Assembly: GCA_040374085.1 (NCBI GenBank)
Contig: JBEIVB010000001.1
Coordinates: 10,074 to 74,073 of the forward strand
DNA: 64,000 nt
Direction: 5' to 3'
From: Flavobacteriales bacterium
Lineage (GTDB): Bacteria; Bacteroidota; Bacteroidia; UBA4408
The notes under the pieces were generated by a model, which saw nothing but the letters and a program-made list of their open reading frames with translations, was not told where the DNA came from and did not search any database. A program made the translations under genes and the position numbers. Positions 28,201-38,421 of this stretch are shown piece by piece; position 1 is the stretch's first letter, and every line of letters starts with the position of its first letter.

Positions 28201-29286
28201 TTAATGTTCAGTTGTTGGGCATTCCATCAAATAGAATTTCGCATTCTCAGAACCCTTCTTAGCAGCAATCGACCAATCCTGACAGGCCGATGAAAATTCA
28301 CTGATCATTTCCTTTGCAATGCCTCGATTCAAAAATGCGTTGGCAAGATTAGGATCGAGGCGAATGGCCTGAGAACAGGCATCAATGCAACCGTGGTAGT
28401 CTTTGTTTTTGAACCGCGCAACGCCAAGGTTAGAAAAGGCAATTGCATATTGAGGGTCGATCTGTGTTGCAGCTTTGAAGTCGTCGGCGGCCAAATCAAG
28501 CTTTCCAAGTTCTAGGAGAACAGAGCCTCTGTTGTTGAGGGTCTGTATGTTTTGGGGATCCATGGAAAGAGCTTTGGTGTAGGCATCAAGCGCAGCGGAA
28601 TAGTCTTGTGTTATGCGCATCAGACTCCCCAGGTTGCTCCATGCCAAAGAAAATTGGGAATCCAGCTCAATTGCTTTTTGGTAATCACGTTTTGCGCCTT
28701 GAAAATCTCCTTGCTGACGCTTGGTGCTGCCCAGATCATTCCATCCAAAAGCAAAATCCGGCTTCAATTCTACTGCGCGGGTAAATTCTTGAGAGGCCTT
28801 TTCGAAATCACCCAAGCTGAAATAACACATGCCACTTTCGTAATACGGCAAATGGTTAGATGGAGTACGCTCTTTCAACTTGGAAAACATTTCAACTGCC
28901 TCTGTGAATTTTTTTTGATTGGAAAGAACTCGCGCTAAACCCAGCTGAGCCGATTCAGAGGAGGGATTGATTCTCAACACGGCCTCGAAATCGGATTGAG
29001 CAATGGCATATTCTCGAAGCTCCATACATACCAAGCCACGATTCAACAGCGCCTTTTCAAATCCAGGTTTAGATTGCAGAGCAAGAGAAAAGGCCGCTTT
29101 AGCACCGGGGTAATCCTTTTGCTGGAAACGAGTAAGGGCAAGGTTGAATGTGCGTTCCGCCTCCTGCGATTCCATAACCACCCCAACCGAAACCAAAGAA
29201 TCGGAATTGCCAACATGTTGAGCCAACAAAACCTTCGGTAAGCAGGTTACCCAAATGGAAAAGAGCATCATCCAGGCGGTTTTCAT
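28201..29286 (-). CDS. Secreted tetratricopeptide-repeat protein
   Basis: 361 aa. Signal peptide. ~8 canonical TPR units (e.g. AQSDFEAVLRINPSS, WSNLGSLM...YSAALDAYTKALSMDPQN). 3 nt upstream of the OmpA-type gene. Confidence 0.7.
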   Translation of the reverse strand: MKTAWMMLFSIWVTCLPKVLLAQHVGNSDSLVSVGVVMESQEAERTFNLALTRFQQKDYPGAKAAFSLALQSKPGFEKALLNRGLVCMELREYAIAQSDFEAVLRINPSSESAQLGLARVLSNQKKFTEAVEMFSKLKERTPSNHLPYYESGMCYFSLGDFEKASQEFTRAVELKPDFAFGWNDLGSTKRQQGDFQGAKRDYQKAIELDSQFSLAWSNLGSLMRITQDYSAALDAYTKALSMDPQNIQTLNNRGSVLLELGKLDLAADDFKAATQIDPQYAIAFSNLGVARFKNKDYHGCIDACSQAIRLDPNLANAFLNRGIAKEMISEFSSACQDWSIAAKKGSENAKFYLMECPTTEH

Positions 29287-29386
29287 GCAATCGTGGATTT
29301 TGGCTAAAGTTAGTAACTAATGTTTATCCAATAACACATGGGATAACTTTGTTGAAGGCTTCAGCTTTTCGTACCATTGCAGGTAA

Positions 29387-31207
29387 ATGAAAGCCTTTCT
29401 GAATCCCCTTGCCCTTTTGGTTTGTATAGGGTCGTTTTTGGGTTGCAACCCGAATGCGAAAAAGAACAAACAACCCAATGCTAAGCCGTCGTTAACCCAA
29501 TTTCTCGATTCCTTGTTCGAGGCTCAGCTTCGGGATAATCCTCAATACCAAACCACCCTTGGCGTGCGCACCCAGGATAGCCTTTGGACCGATGCTTCGG
29601 ATGCCTACCAACAAAAGTCGTTTGAACGAACAAAAAGGGAATTAACGGCATTGGAAAATCGTTTCGATCGTAAACAACTAAACGCTCAAGACGTCATTTC
29701 GTATGACCTTTTCGTGCAATCATGCACAGAACAGATGGAGGCATTTCCGTTTCGTTTCCACAATTACCCGCTGAACCAGATGGAGGGGCTGCATGCCTCC
29801 ATCCCTTCTTTCCTCATCAACATGCACACCATTGAGGAGGTCCGTCATGCACAAACCTACCTGGCAAGATTGGCCGGCATACCAAAGCAGCTTAGGGATT
29901 TGCAAGTGCAACTCGACACTCGTCTTAAAATGGGAATACTGCCTCCAGCTTTTGTTTTTCCTAAAGTTGAAGAAGATTGTCGAAATCTTTTAAAAGGAAA
30001 ACCCTTCGACAATTCCTCCACCGATTCACCCCTTTTCGAGGATTTTTATAATAAAGTAAACGCAGTAAAATCCATTCCGCCGAACGAGGCTGAGGCCCTT
30101 ATAAAAAGAGCAAAAAAACTGCTTGTAGATTCTGTAGCTCCCGCTTACCGCAACCTCATTCTGTACTGGAAAACCCTTGCGCAAAAAGCAGATGATCGAG
30201 ATGGGGCATGGAAGTTTCCCGATGGTGAAAAGTTTTACGCAATGGCTTTGCGCCACACAACCACTACGCCATTAACCCCCGATCAAATTCACGACATAGG
30301 CTTAGCTGAAGTTGCGCGCATACATGATGAAATGGAATCCATAAAGAAAAAGGTTGGGTTCAAAGGATCACTGAAAGAGTTTTTTACCTTCATGCGCACA
30401 AGCAAAAAATTCTATTTCCCTTCAACCGAAGAGGGCAAGAAGTCTTACTTAAACGCAACCAATGCCATCATAGATAACATGCGGGGCAAGTTGGATCAAC
30501 TTTTCATCACCAAGCCCAAAGCGGCGCTGGTGGTTAAACCCGTTGAGCCTTTCAGAGAGCGCTCTGCCGGCGGTGCATTTTATGAAGAACCTGCCCTGGA
30601 TGGATCCCGTCCAGGACGTTACTACATCAACCTATATACCTTAAACGATCAACCTACTTACCAGATGGAGGCTTTGGCTTACCACGAAGCCATTCCCGGT
30701 CATCACATGCAAATTGCCATTGCCCAAGAATTGAAAGAGCTACCCAAATTTCGAACCTTGGGAGGGAACACAGCCTATGTAGAGGGTTGGGCTTTATATG
30801 CAGAGCGTGTACCGAAAGAAATAGGTCTATACACCGATCCCTATGCAGACTTTGGGCGCTTAGCTATGGAGGTTTTCAGGGCCTCACGATTGGTCATCGA
30901 CACCGGAATTCACTTTAAAAAGTGGACCCGAAAACAAGCTTACCAATACATGATAGACAACACGCCAAATCCCGAAGGCGATTCTCAGAAGGAGATAGAT
31001 CGTTACATCGTTTGGCCCGGCCAAGCTACTGGTTATAAAATAGGCATGATAAAAATATTGGAACTGAGAAGCAAAGCGCAGAAGGCCTTAGGCAGCAAAT
31101 TCGATTTGCGCACCTTTCACGATGTAGTTTTAACAAATGGCTCGGTGCCTTTGAATATGCTGGAAAACTTGGTTGACCAATACATCAACAAGGCAAAAGC
31201 ATCATGA
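29387..31207 (+). CDS. DUF885 family protein (putative metallopeptidase-like, secreted/lipoprotein)
   Basis: 606 aa. Signal peptide. Conserved YHEAIPGHHMQ motif typical of DUF885. Confidence 0.65.
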   Translation: MKAFLNPLALLVCIGSFLGCNPNAKKNKQPNAKPSLTQFLDSLFEAQLRDNPQYQTTLGVRTQDSLWTDASDAYQQKSFERTKRELTALENRFDRKQLNAQDVISYDLFVQSCTEQMEAFPFRFHNYPLNQMEGLHASIPSFLINMHTIEEVRHAQTYLARLAGIPKQLRDLQVQLDTRLKMGILPPAFVFPKVEEDCRNLLKGKPFDNSSTDSPLFEDFYNKVNAVKSIPPNEAEALIKRAKKLLVDSVAPAYRNLILYWKTLAQKADDRDGAWKFPDGEKFYAMALRHTTTTPLTPDQIHDIGLAEVARIHDEMESIKKKVGFKGSLKEFFTFMRTSKKFYFPSTEEGKKSYLNATNAIIDNMRGKLDQLFITKPKAALVVKPVEPFRERSAGGAFYEEPALDGSRPGRYYINLYTLNDQPTYQMEALAYHEAIPGHHMQIAIAQELKELPKFRTLGGNTAYVEGWALYAERVPKEIGLYTDPYADFGRLAMEVFRASRLVIDTGIHFKKWTRKQAYQYMIDNTPNPEGDSQKEIDRYIVWPGQATGYKIGMIKILELRSKAQKALGSKFDLRTFHDVVLTNGSVPLNMLENLVDQYINKAKAS

Positions 31208-32439
31208 TCAAAGAAGTTCCATCTGGCAAAAATGTAATGTTGCCTATATTCCTTACGGTTTTTCTCGACATGTTGGGTGTTGGCATTGCCGTTCCCATCG
31301 TGCCTACCCTCTTCTTGGATCCCGTTCATGGTGTGATGCCTTTGGGAACAAGCATGGAACTGCGCAACATCACCCTAGGTTTTTTGTTGGCAACCTTCCC
31401 TCTGTTTCAATTTTTCGGCTCACCTGTGTTGGGAACGCTTAGCGACCGTCACGGCCGAAAAAAAATGCTGTTCCTCTCCTTAGTCGGAACCGCATTGGGC
31501 TATTTCCTTTTTGCCTTCGGCATCAGCCAGAACAGCTTAGTACTGCTTTTTTTTGCCAGAGGGCTCGATGGGTTTACCGGTGGCAATGTATCCATAGCCC
31601 TATCCGCCATTTCCGATTCTTCCGATGATAAAAACAAAGCTCGCAATTTTGGCATGGTGGGTGCGGCTTTCGGCTTGGGCTTCATTTTAGGTCCTTACAT
31701 CGGAGGAAGGCTTGCCGACTCTACTCTGGTAAGCTGGTTTACGGTGTACACCCCATTTCTGTTTGCAGCAATTCTAGGCATACTCAACCTCGCACTCATC
31801 CTATTGGTATTCCCCGAAACGCTGCACACCCGCACGCACAAGCGGGTTGATTTTCTGGCCGGATTCAGAAACATGCGCATAGCTTTCTTGAATCCAAACC
31901 TGAGCCGTTTGTTTGTAGTGGTATTTTTATTAACGCTGGGTTTTAATTTTTTTACTCAGTTTTTTCAGGTATTCCTCATCCATAAGTTCAATTTCAGCAT
32001 CGGTCAAATTTCCGATTTCTTTGCCTACATAGGTTTGTGGATTGTGTTGGCTCAGGCTGGCCTCATGAGACCTATGTCCAAGCGCTTTTCACCGGAAAAT
32101 CTGGTCCTCTGGACTTCCCTTTTTTTGGGCATCTCGCTTTTTGTTGTGATACTACCCAACCAACCCTATCAGCAATATTGGGTGGCCCCCTTGGTTGCCC
32201 TTTCACAGGGTTTGCTTACCCCCAACCTAAGTGCGTTGGTATCCTCTAAAGCCGGCCCATCCGAGCAAGGAAAAATTATGGGACTCAACCAAAGTGTTCA
32301 GGCTGCCGCTATGGCGATACCGCCCATTTTGGCCGGGTTTGCCACCAACATCATGTATCAGCTACCGGTGTATTTGGCATCCGGTTTTACCCTGATGGGA
32401 TGGGTAGTTTTGGCCTCGCGAAACAGACTTGCCACATGA
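31204..32439 (+). CDS. MFS transporter (Tet/drug:H+ antiporter-like)
   Basis: 411 aa, 12 predicted TM helices. N-terminal LDMLGVGIAVPIVP and GxLSDRxGRK loop motif (GTLSDRHGRKK). Confidence 0.8.
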   Translation: MIKEVPSGKNVMLPIFLTVFLDMLGVGIAVPIVPTLFLDPVHGVMPLGTSMELRNITLGFLLATFPLFQFFGSPVLGTLSDRHGRKKMLFLSLVGTALGYFLFAFGISQNSLVLLFFARGLDGFTGGNVSIALSAISDSSDDKNKARNFGMVGAAFGLGFILGPYIGGRLADSTLVSWFTVYTPFLFAAILGILNLALILLVFPETLHTRTHKRVDFLAGFRNMRIAFLNPNLSRLFVVVFLLTLGFNFFTQFFQVFLIHKFNFSIGQISDFFAYIGLWIVLAQAGLMRPMSKRFSPENLVLWTSLFLGISLFVVILPNQPYQQYWVAPLVALSQGLLTPNLSALVSSKAGPSEQGKIMGLNQSVQAAAMAIPPILAGFATNIMYQLPVYLASGFTLMGWVVLASRNRLAT

Positions 32440-32960
32440 AAATTTTCCTCTGGGGAATGCCCGGTGCGGGCAAATCAGCGGTGGGTCAACAACTGGCCGA
32501 GTTCCTCAAGGAACCATTCTCAGATTTGGATCAACTCATTCAGACACAAACCGGGCGCAGCCCAGCCGAATGGATTGCCCAGGAAGGAGAGCACGCTTTC
32601 CGGATTCAGGAGCGCCGGATGCTGTTGGGATGGACGCCGAATCAGGGAGTCCTTGCATGCGGTGGCGGAACACCCTGTTTTTATAACCAATATGAATGGA
32701 TGAATCAACAAGGCATCACCTTTTGGTTGAATCCATCCTTAGCTATCATTCAAAACAACTTAGCTCAATCAAAAGAAGATCGTCCCCTACTAAACGCTTC
32801 CCATAAACAAACCCTGCAAGACCTGCTGCAACAGCGTAAGCACCATTATGCACAAGCCCACCTAACACTTAAATGGGAAGACAATGCATCACCAAAAGAC
32901 CTTGTCCAGCGCATGCTCATTCATTTGCACAACGCAGGGCTGTGGCCGCCTTCACGATGA
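32436..32960 (+). CDS. aroK: Shikimate kinase
   Basis: Starts MKIFLWGMPGAGKS (Walker A), then LDQLIQTQTGRS. Listed ORF begins 12 codons earlier, but ATG at 32436 gives the canonical start and a 4-nt overlap with the MFS gene. Confidence 0.8.
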   Translation: MKIFLWGMPGAGKSAVGQQLAEFLKEPFSDLDQLIQTQTGRSPAEWIAQEGEHAFRIQERRMLLGWTPNQGVLACGGGTPCFYNQYEWMNQQGITFWLNPSLAIIQNNLAQSKEDRPLLNASHKQTLQDLLQQRKHHYAQAHLTLKWEDNASPKDLVQRMLIHLHNAGLWPPSR

Positions 32961-34071
32961 GTTCGCGTGCACGAATGACCTCATCATGTTCGGTAAACCG
33001 ACCTAAGCTGATGCGCACCGTTTCCGCAATCTCCGATTCTGTTATGCCCATTGCCAGCAAAACAGGCGAGGGCTTTTCTTTCTGACTTGAGCATGCCGCT
33101 CCAGCGGAAATACACACCTCCGGTAGTGCGCGAAAAAGAGACCGATTGAGCACTCCCGGCATCGCTAAGTTGGTGGTGTTGCACAAGCGATGCCGTGTGG
33201 AGCCGTGCACCACAGCACCCACTTCAACCACCAGTTGCTGCTCCAGCCAAGTGCGCCATCGACTCAATCGAACGCCCTCATCCCACCACGCAGATTCCGC
33301 AAGCTCCATAGCCGCCCCCATGCCCACAACCGCCGGCACATCCAGAGTGCCCGGCATAAGGCCCTTTTCCTCTTTCCCTCCATTGAAATAAGGCACCAAC
33401 TCCAGGTTGGGTTTTCGCTTGCGCACCAAGAGGCCTCCGGCACCTTTTGGCCCATAAAACTTGTGGGCGCTCCAAAAGGCCATGGAAACCTGCCACTCGT
33501 TTACATGAATGGGCATCTTACCAATGGCTTGGGTAAAATCACTGATGAAAAGGGAACCCCTCGAGCGAACCAGAGCTCCTATTTCATCCATAGGAGCCAT
33601 AACACCGGTTTCATGATTTGCGGCGGAAACAACAACACCCAATGCAGGTTTCTTGAGGGCTTCGCGCAATGCTTCCATAGAAGGAAGGCCCTCCTGATCA
33701 ACGCAAAGTATTTCTACCTCTGCACCCCATGAAGCCATTTCAGATAAGGCATCCAAAACAGCGGAATGTTCGGTGGCAAAAGTCAACCAACGCTTACATT
33801 CCAGCTCGTATCGCTTGTGCAAGCCAAACAGTCCGGTGCGAATGGCATCGGTTGCACTCCGTGCAAACACAACCTCTTCCGGTGCAACACCCAATACACC
33901 GGAGCATTGCAAACGGGCATGCTCAACCGCATGACGCGCAAGCACTCCTTCTGCATGATGAATCGATGCCGCATTACCGGGATGCCTCGTAAACCAAGGC
34001 ATCATAGCTTCCATCACCTTCGGGTCAACCGGGGTTGAAGCATTGTTATCCAAATAAATTGAATGGCTCAT
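32917..34071 (-). CDS. Cysteine desulfurase (class V aminotransferase, IscS/NifS-like)
   Basis: Canonical start MSHSIYLDNNASTPVDP. PLP-lysine region SAHKFYGPKGAGGLLVRK. Listed ORF extends 35 codons further upstream (to 34176), probably non-coding. Confidence 0.8.
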   Translation of the reverse strand: MSHSIYLDNNASTPVDPKVMEAMMPWFTRHPGNAASIHHAEGVLARHAVEHARLQCSGVLGVAPEEVVFARSATDAIRTGLFGLHKRYELECKRWLTFATEHSAVLDALSEMASWGAEVEILCVDQEGLPSMEALREALKKPALGVVVSAANHETGVMAPMDEIGALVRSRGSLFISDFTQAIGKMPIHVNEWQVSMAFWSAHKFYGPKGAGGLLVRKRKPNLELVPYFNGGKEEKGLMPGTLDVPAVVGMGAAMELAESAWWDEGVRLSRWRTWLEQQLVVEVGAVVHGSTRHRLCNTTNLAMPGVLNRSLFRALPEVCISAGAACSSQKEKPSPVLLAMGITESEIAETVRISLGRFTEHDEVIRARELIVKAATALRCANE

Positions 34072-34102
34072 TTTATTGCGCCCAAAACTACATATTTGCG
34101 TT

Positions 34103-34897
34103 ATGCTCGAGCCCGAAGCCCTTTCCAGTCCACAGAACCCAAAAGTTAAACATGTTTGGAGCCTGCTCAACGACAATGCCTACCGCAAAAAACAAAATCA
34201 GATGGTGGTGGAGGGAAAAAGGGAATGCAGTTTGGCCCTGAAAGGCGGGTGGAAGCCCTTGGGCATTTTCCATTGTCCGGAAATATCCCCTTCCCTACCC
34301 GATACCTGGCTGCACAGCCAAGCCAAGGTTTACTCGGTTACGAAAGCCATTTATGAGAAGCTGGCATACCGAAAAACCACCGAAGGCATGATGGCATGGT
34401 TTGAAGGAAGAACGCACCGGCTTAAGGATTTGTCCCTTGGAGAGAAGCCCCTGATTGTGGTCTTGGAAGGAATTGAAAAGCCCGGAAACTTAGGCGCAAT
34501 GCTGCGTACGGCAGATGCCGCAGGCGTTGATGCCTTAATCGTATGCGATCGAAAAGCCGATTTGCATCACCCCAATGTTATACGTTCCTCCATCGGATGC
34601 GCCTTTACCGTTCAGGTGGCAGTGAGCGACTCCTCCGAGCTTCAAAGCTGGCTGGAAGAAAGGAAGATTGCATGGAAATCGGCCACCCTCAGCACCCAAA
34701 GCCCTTACACCAATGCCGACCTCAGTGGCCCTCTGGCTTTAATCTTCGGAACAGAGGCTACCGGCTTAAGCCCCATCTGGTTAACGCCCGCTGAAAATCA
34801 AATTACCATTCCCATGAGGGGGCAGATAGACTCCCTCAACGTTTCCGCCGCATGCGCCGTGCTCACCTTCGAAGCCGTTCGGCAGCGTGGTCTTTAG
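34103..34897 (+). CDS. TrmH/SpoU-family RNA 2'-O-methyltransferase
   Basis: SpoU motifs LEGIEKPGNLGAMLRTADAAG and IPMRGQIDSLNVSAACAV. Start uncertain (ATG at 34076 or 34103). Confidence 0.75.
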   Translation: MLEPEALSSPQNPKVKHVWSLLNDNAYRKKQNQMVVEGKRECSLALKGGWKPLGIFHCPEISPSLPDTWLHSQAKVYSVTKAIYEKLAYRKTTEGMMAWFEGRTHRLKDLSLGEKPLIVVLEGIEKPGNLGAMLRTADAAGVDALIVCDRKADLHHPNVIRSSIGCAFTVQVAVSDSSELQSWLEERKIAWKSATLSTQSPYTNADLSGPLALIFGTEATGLSPIWLTPAENQITIPMRGQIDSLNVSAACAVLTFEAVRQRGL

Positions 34898-34936
34898 CGA
34901 TGGGTTTCGTTACCTTTGCACCCTCAACCATTTCTT

Positions 34937-36625
34937 ATGTCAGACGATAAAAAAGTTATTTTTTCCATGGTGAAGGTTTCCAAAACCCTCAATACAGGAA
35001 AAACCATTCTCAAAGACATTTACCTTTCCTTTTTCTACGGAGCCAAAATTGGCATCATAGGATTGAATGGATCCGGAAAATCAACCCTCCTTAAAATCAT
35101 TGCCGGCTTAGAGAAATCCTATCAGGGTGATGTTGTTTTCTCACCGGGATACCATGTGGGTTATCTCGAGCAGGAACCTCAGCTTGATGAAAACAAAACC
35201 GTTAAGCAGATTGTCATGGAAGGCGTTCAGGAAACAGTAGATTTGCTAAACGAATTCGAGGAAATCAACCATAAATTTGGATTGCCTGAATATTATGAAA
35301 ATCCTGAGGCTATGGAAAAGCTGATGAATCGGCAGGCAGCCATACAGGATAAAATTGATGCAGTAAACGCATGGGATTTAGACAACCAACTGGAGGTCGC
35401 AATGGATGCGTTGCGATGCCCCGATGGCGACACCCCAATTCATGTTCTTTCGGGTGGTGAACGGCGGAGGGTTGCCCTTTGCCGACTTCTGCTTAAAAAG
35501 CCGGAAATCCTGCTGTTGGATGAGCCCACCAACCACCTCGATGCCGAGTCGGTTGATTGGTTGGAGCAGTTTCTGCACAACTATGAAGGAACGGTTATTG
35601 CCGTTACACACGACCGTTACTTCTTGGACAACGTTGCGGGATGGATTCTTGAACTAGACCGCGGAGAAGGCATCCCTTGGAAAGGAAATTACTCCTCTTG
35701 GCTCGAGCAAAAAGGCAAACGCCTTGCTCAGGAAGAAAAAACCGAGAGCAAACGCCAGAAAACCCTAGCCCGAGAATTGGAATGGGTAAGGCAAGGTGCA
35801 AAAGGAAGACAAGCCAAGAGCAAAGCTCGCTTGGCTGCTTACGATCGAATGCTCAGCGAAGATGTGAAGGCCAAAGAAGAGAAACTCGAAATCTTCATAC
35901 CCAACGGTCCCCGACTTGGAAATGAAGTAATCGAATTCGAAGGCGTTTCAAAAGCTTATGGAGATAAAGTTCTGTTCGAGAACCTTAGCTTCCGTCTTCC
36001 ACCCGCCGGCATCGTGGGCATCATCGGACCAAACGGTGCAGGAAAATCAACCTTGTTTAAAATTATTATGGGCTTGGTAGAGGCAGACAAGGGTAAGGTT
36101 ATCATTGGAGATACGGTGCGCATCAGCTACGTAGACCAAAGCCACAAGGATATCGAGGCCGATAAATCGGTGTTTGAAGTCGTGGCGCGCGGAGCCGAAC
36201 TCATTGAAATGGGCGGCAGGCAAATGAACGCAAGGGCATTCCTCTCACGCTTCAACTTCAACGGAGCCGACCAAGGCAAAAAATGTGGAGTGTTGTCAGG
36301 AGGAGAGCGCAACCGATTGCACCTGGCCATGGCACTTAAAGCAGAAGGCAATGTGCTGCTCTTGGACGAACCCACCAACGATATAGACGTAAATACCCTG
36401 AGGGCACTCGAAGAGGGCCTTGAAAGCTTTGCAGGTTGCGCAGTAATCATATCACACGACCGTTGGTTTCTCGATCGGGTGTGTACACACATACTTGCTT
36501 TTGAAGGAGATTCGCAAGTGTTATACTTCGAAGGGGGATACTCCGACTATGAAGAAAATAAAAAGAAGCGATTGGGCGATGTGCAACCAAAACGTTTGCG
36601 CTATAAAAAACTTACCGTAAGCTGA
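34937..36625 (+). CDS. ettA: ABC-F ATPase, energy-dependent translational throttle protein EttA
   Basis: Two ABC ATPase domains (GLNGSGKST, LSGGERRRVAL; GPNGAGKST, LSGGERNRLHLA) with the typical EttA N-terminus MSDDKKVIFSM.... Listed ORF starts 7 codons earlier. Confidence 0.85.
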   Translation: MSDDKKVIFSMVKVSKTLNTGKTILKDIYLSFFYGAKIGIIGLNGSGKSTLLKIIAGLEKSYQGDVVFSPGYHVGYLEQEPQLDENKTVKQIVMEGVQETVDLLNEFEEINHKFGLPEYYENPEAMEKLMNRQAAIQDKIDAVNAWDLDNQLEVAMDALRCPDGDTPIHVLSGGERRRVALCRLLLKKPEILLLDEPTNHLDAESVDWLEQFLHNYEGTVIAVTHDRYFLDNVAGWILELDRGEGIPWKGNYSSWLEQKGKRLAQEEKTESKRQKTLARELEWVRQGAKGRQAKSKARLAAYDRMLSEDVKAKEEKLEIFIPNGPRLGNEVIEFEGVSKAYGDKVLFENLSFRLPPAGIVGIIGPNGAGKSTLFKIIMGLVEADKGKVIIGDTVRISYVDQSHKDIEADKSVFEVVARGAELIEMGGRQMNARAFLSRFNFNGADQGKKCGVLSGGERNRLHLAMALKAEGNVLLLDEPTNDIDVNTLRALEEGLESFAGCAVIISHDRWFLDRVCTHILAFEGDSQVLYFEGGYSDYEENKKKRLGDVQPKRLRYKKLTVS

Positions 36626-36629
36626 ACCC

Positions 36630-37355
36630 ATGAGCCAAGAACACCGGGAAAATCAACCCCGGGTGCTGTTGGTTGAGGATGAAGAACACCTGCTCGAAAC
36701 CATCACCCTAAACCTGGAGCTCGAGGGCATGGAAGTGATCCGTGCAGTTGAAGGGAAACAGGCCCTGAAGTACTTTCACAGCGCCCGATACGATCTCATC
36801 ATACTGGATGTGATGCTCCCAGAAATAGATGGTTTCACCCTGTGCCGAACGATGCGCAAAGAAAACCCTTTGGTGCCCATACTCATGCTCACAGCCAAGG
36901 GAAGCAACCAAGATCGAGTGGAAGGCTTGAAACTGGGCGCAGATGATTACCTAACAAAACCATTTCACTTGGAAGAATTCCTGCTCAGGGTTCACGGACT
37001 CATACGGCGGGGACGGCAGCAAAGTCCGAGCCCGTCTATAGAGCAATACCGATTCGGCCCAAACCAAGTCGATTTCCGATCCTACCGCGTAATCTGCGCA
37101 GATGGAACCGAACAAACGCTTACAAAAAAGGAAGTGCAGCTTCTGAAGCTCCTCATTGAAATGGAAAGCCAAGTGGTGTCACGCGATGCCATTTTGGAAT
37201 TGGTCTGGGGCTACGAAATATACCCCACCGCCCGCACCATCGACAACTTCATTTTAAATTTTAGAAAGTACTTTGAGCCCAATCCCAAGCAACCCATCTA
37301 TTTTCACTCCATTCGTGGAGTGGGATACAAGTTTGTAAAGAACGGAGGCATTTGA
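36630..37355 (+). CDS. Two-component response regulator, OmpR/PhoB family (no cognate kinase nearby)
   Basis: Receiver domain (LLVEDEE...DLIILDVMLP...LTAKGS...GADDYLTKPF) and winged-helix output domain. Only 4 nt after ettA. Confidence 0.85.
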   Translation: MSQEHRENQPRVLLVEDEEHLLETITLNLELEGMEVIRAVEGKQALKYFHSARYDLIILDVMLPEIDGFTLCRTMRKENPLVPILMLTAKGSNQDRVEGLKLGADDYLTKPFHLEEFLLRVHGLIRRGRQQSPSPSIEQYRFGPNQVDFRSYRVICADGTEQTLTKKEVQLLKLLIEMESQVVSRDAILELVWGYEIYPTARTIDNFILNFRKYFEPNPKQPIYFHSIRGVGYKFVKNGGI

Positions 37356-38419
37356 GTTTCTCTCTACACGAGGCTGGCATGGGTAATTTTGTGTATTTTG
37401 CGCGATTGAATATGGCGAGAAGTCTTATCTTCCTGATTCTGTGGTGCTTACCTTTTATAGGGCTTGCTCAAACCCCAACCGTGCAGGTTTGGATGCAGGG
37501 TGCGGGGTACCGCGATTCTTCGTTTTATGACATTCTTCCTCTTTCCGGGGGGGATTGTTGGGTTGCCGGCAAATACGGCATTCTCAAAAAGGTAACGCCA
37601 GATGGGAAAATAGACAATGTGCCCTACCCCACGCTCGGCTTAGACATTTACCGCCTAGGTGCGTTCGACGAAGATCACCTCATTGCGTGCGCAGACAAAG
37701 GGGTCGTTTATCTCCATCAACCTTCCACAAAAAACTGGAATACCGTTAAAGTTAAGGGTTATGAAAAGTCTTGTTTTTACAGCCTAAAAGTGGTAAACAA
37801 AAGCACGGCTTTCTTGTGCGGTGGCAACAGCAAAATTGCACATTCCCAAAAAGCAATTCCACGGGGCTTTATTCTAAAATCGGAAGACGGCGGGCTTACA
37901 TGGAAAGAGGTTTACAGGAATGTGGGACAGATGGTTTGGGATGTGGCTTGGGATTCGGAAAGAAATTCATGCACCGCACTGGTTTACAGTCCAAACAAAA
38001 CCAGGCTCTACCGCTCCGATGCCCAAGGAGAAAATTGGAAAAATGAAAAAAAACTCGGGCAAGGTATTTTTTACCAAGCCGGGTGGAACAACGGCCAACT
38101 TGCCTGTACGGGCGGAACATTAAAAGGCGATGGGCGTATTTTCGAGGAAGGTCACGATGAGATTTTCAGAAAAGTTGGGTTGATATGGAGTGCAAAAAAA
38201 AATGGGGCTAAAGAGGTCTTTACTGGCAGTAGGTCCACGCTCCTCTTGAGGGAAGGTTCCAACCAGCCCCTTCAAGTTTTTTCCACCGGACTTACCAAAC
38301 AATACAACCTATACCGAGCTCATTTTCTAAGCGACTCTAAGGTTTTGGTTGTGGGCAGCGGAAAAACGATGCTGCTGCTCGAATGGCCCTATCCGGCGGA
38401 AGCCCGCCAAAAGCCATAG
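37352..38419 (+). CDS. Secreted BNR/Asp-box repeat beta-propeller protein (Ycf48/sialidase-like fold), hypothetical
   Basis: Asp-box motifs SEDGGLTWKEV and SDAQGENWKN. Signal peptide MARSLIFLILWCLPFIGLAQ, so the real start may be the Met at 37412. The listed start overlaps the response regulator stop by 4 nt. Confidence 0.5.
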   Translation: MSFSLHEAGMGNFVYFARLNMARSLIFLILWCLPFIGLAQTPTVQVWMQGAGYRDSSFYDILPLSGGDCWVAGKYGILKKVTPDGKIDNVPYPTLGLDIYRLGAFDEDHLIACADKGVVYLHQPSTKNWNTVKVKGYEKSCFYSLKVVNKSTAFLCGGNSKIAHSQKAIPRGFILKSEDGGLTWKEVYRNVGQMVWDVAWDSERNSCTALVYSPNKTRLYRSDAQGENWKNEKKLGQGIFYQAGWNNGQLACTGGTLKGDGRIFEEGHDEIFRKVGLIWSAKKNGAKEVFTGSRSTLLLREGSNQPLQVFSTGLTKQYNLYRAHFLSDSKVLVVGSGKTMLLLEWPYPAEARQKP

Positions 38420-38421
38420 CT

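Noticed and set aside
33146-33732. Several long antisense ORFs (81-180 aa) inside the cysteine desulfurase gene
   Set aside because: GC-rich coding region gives long open frames on the opposite strand. The minus-strand frame has unmistakable class-V aminotransferase motifs.
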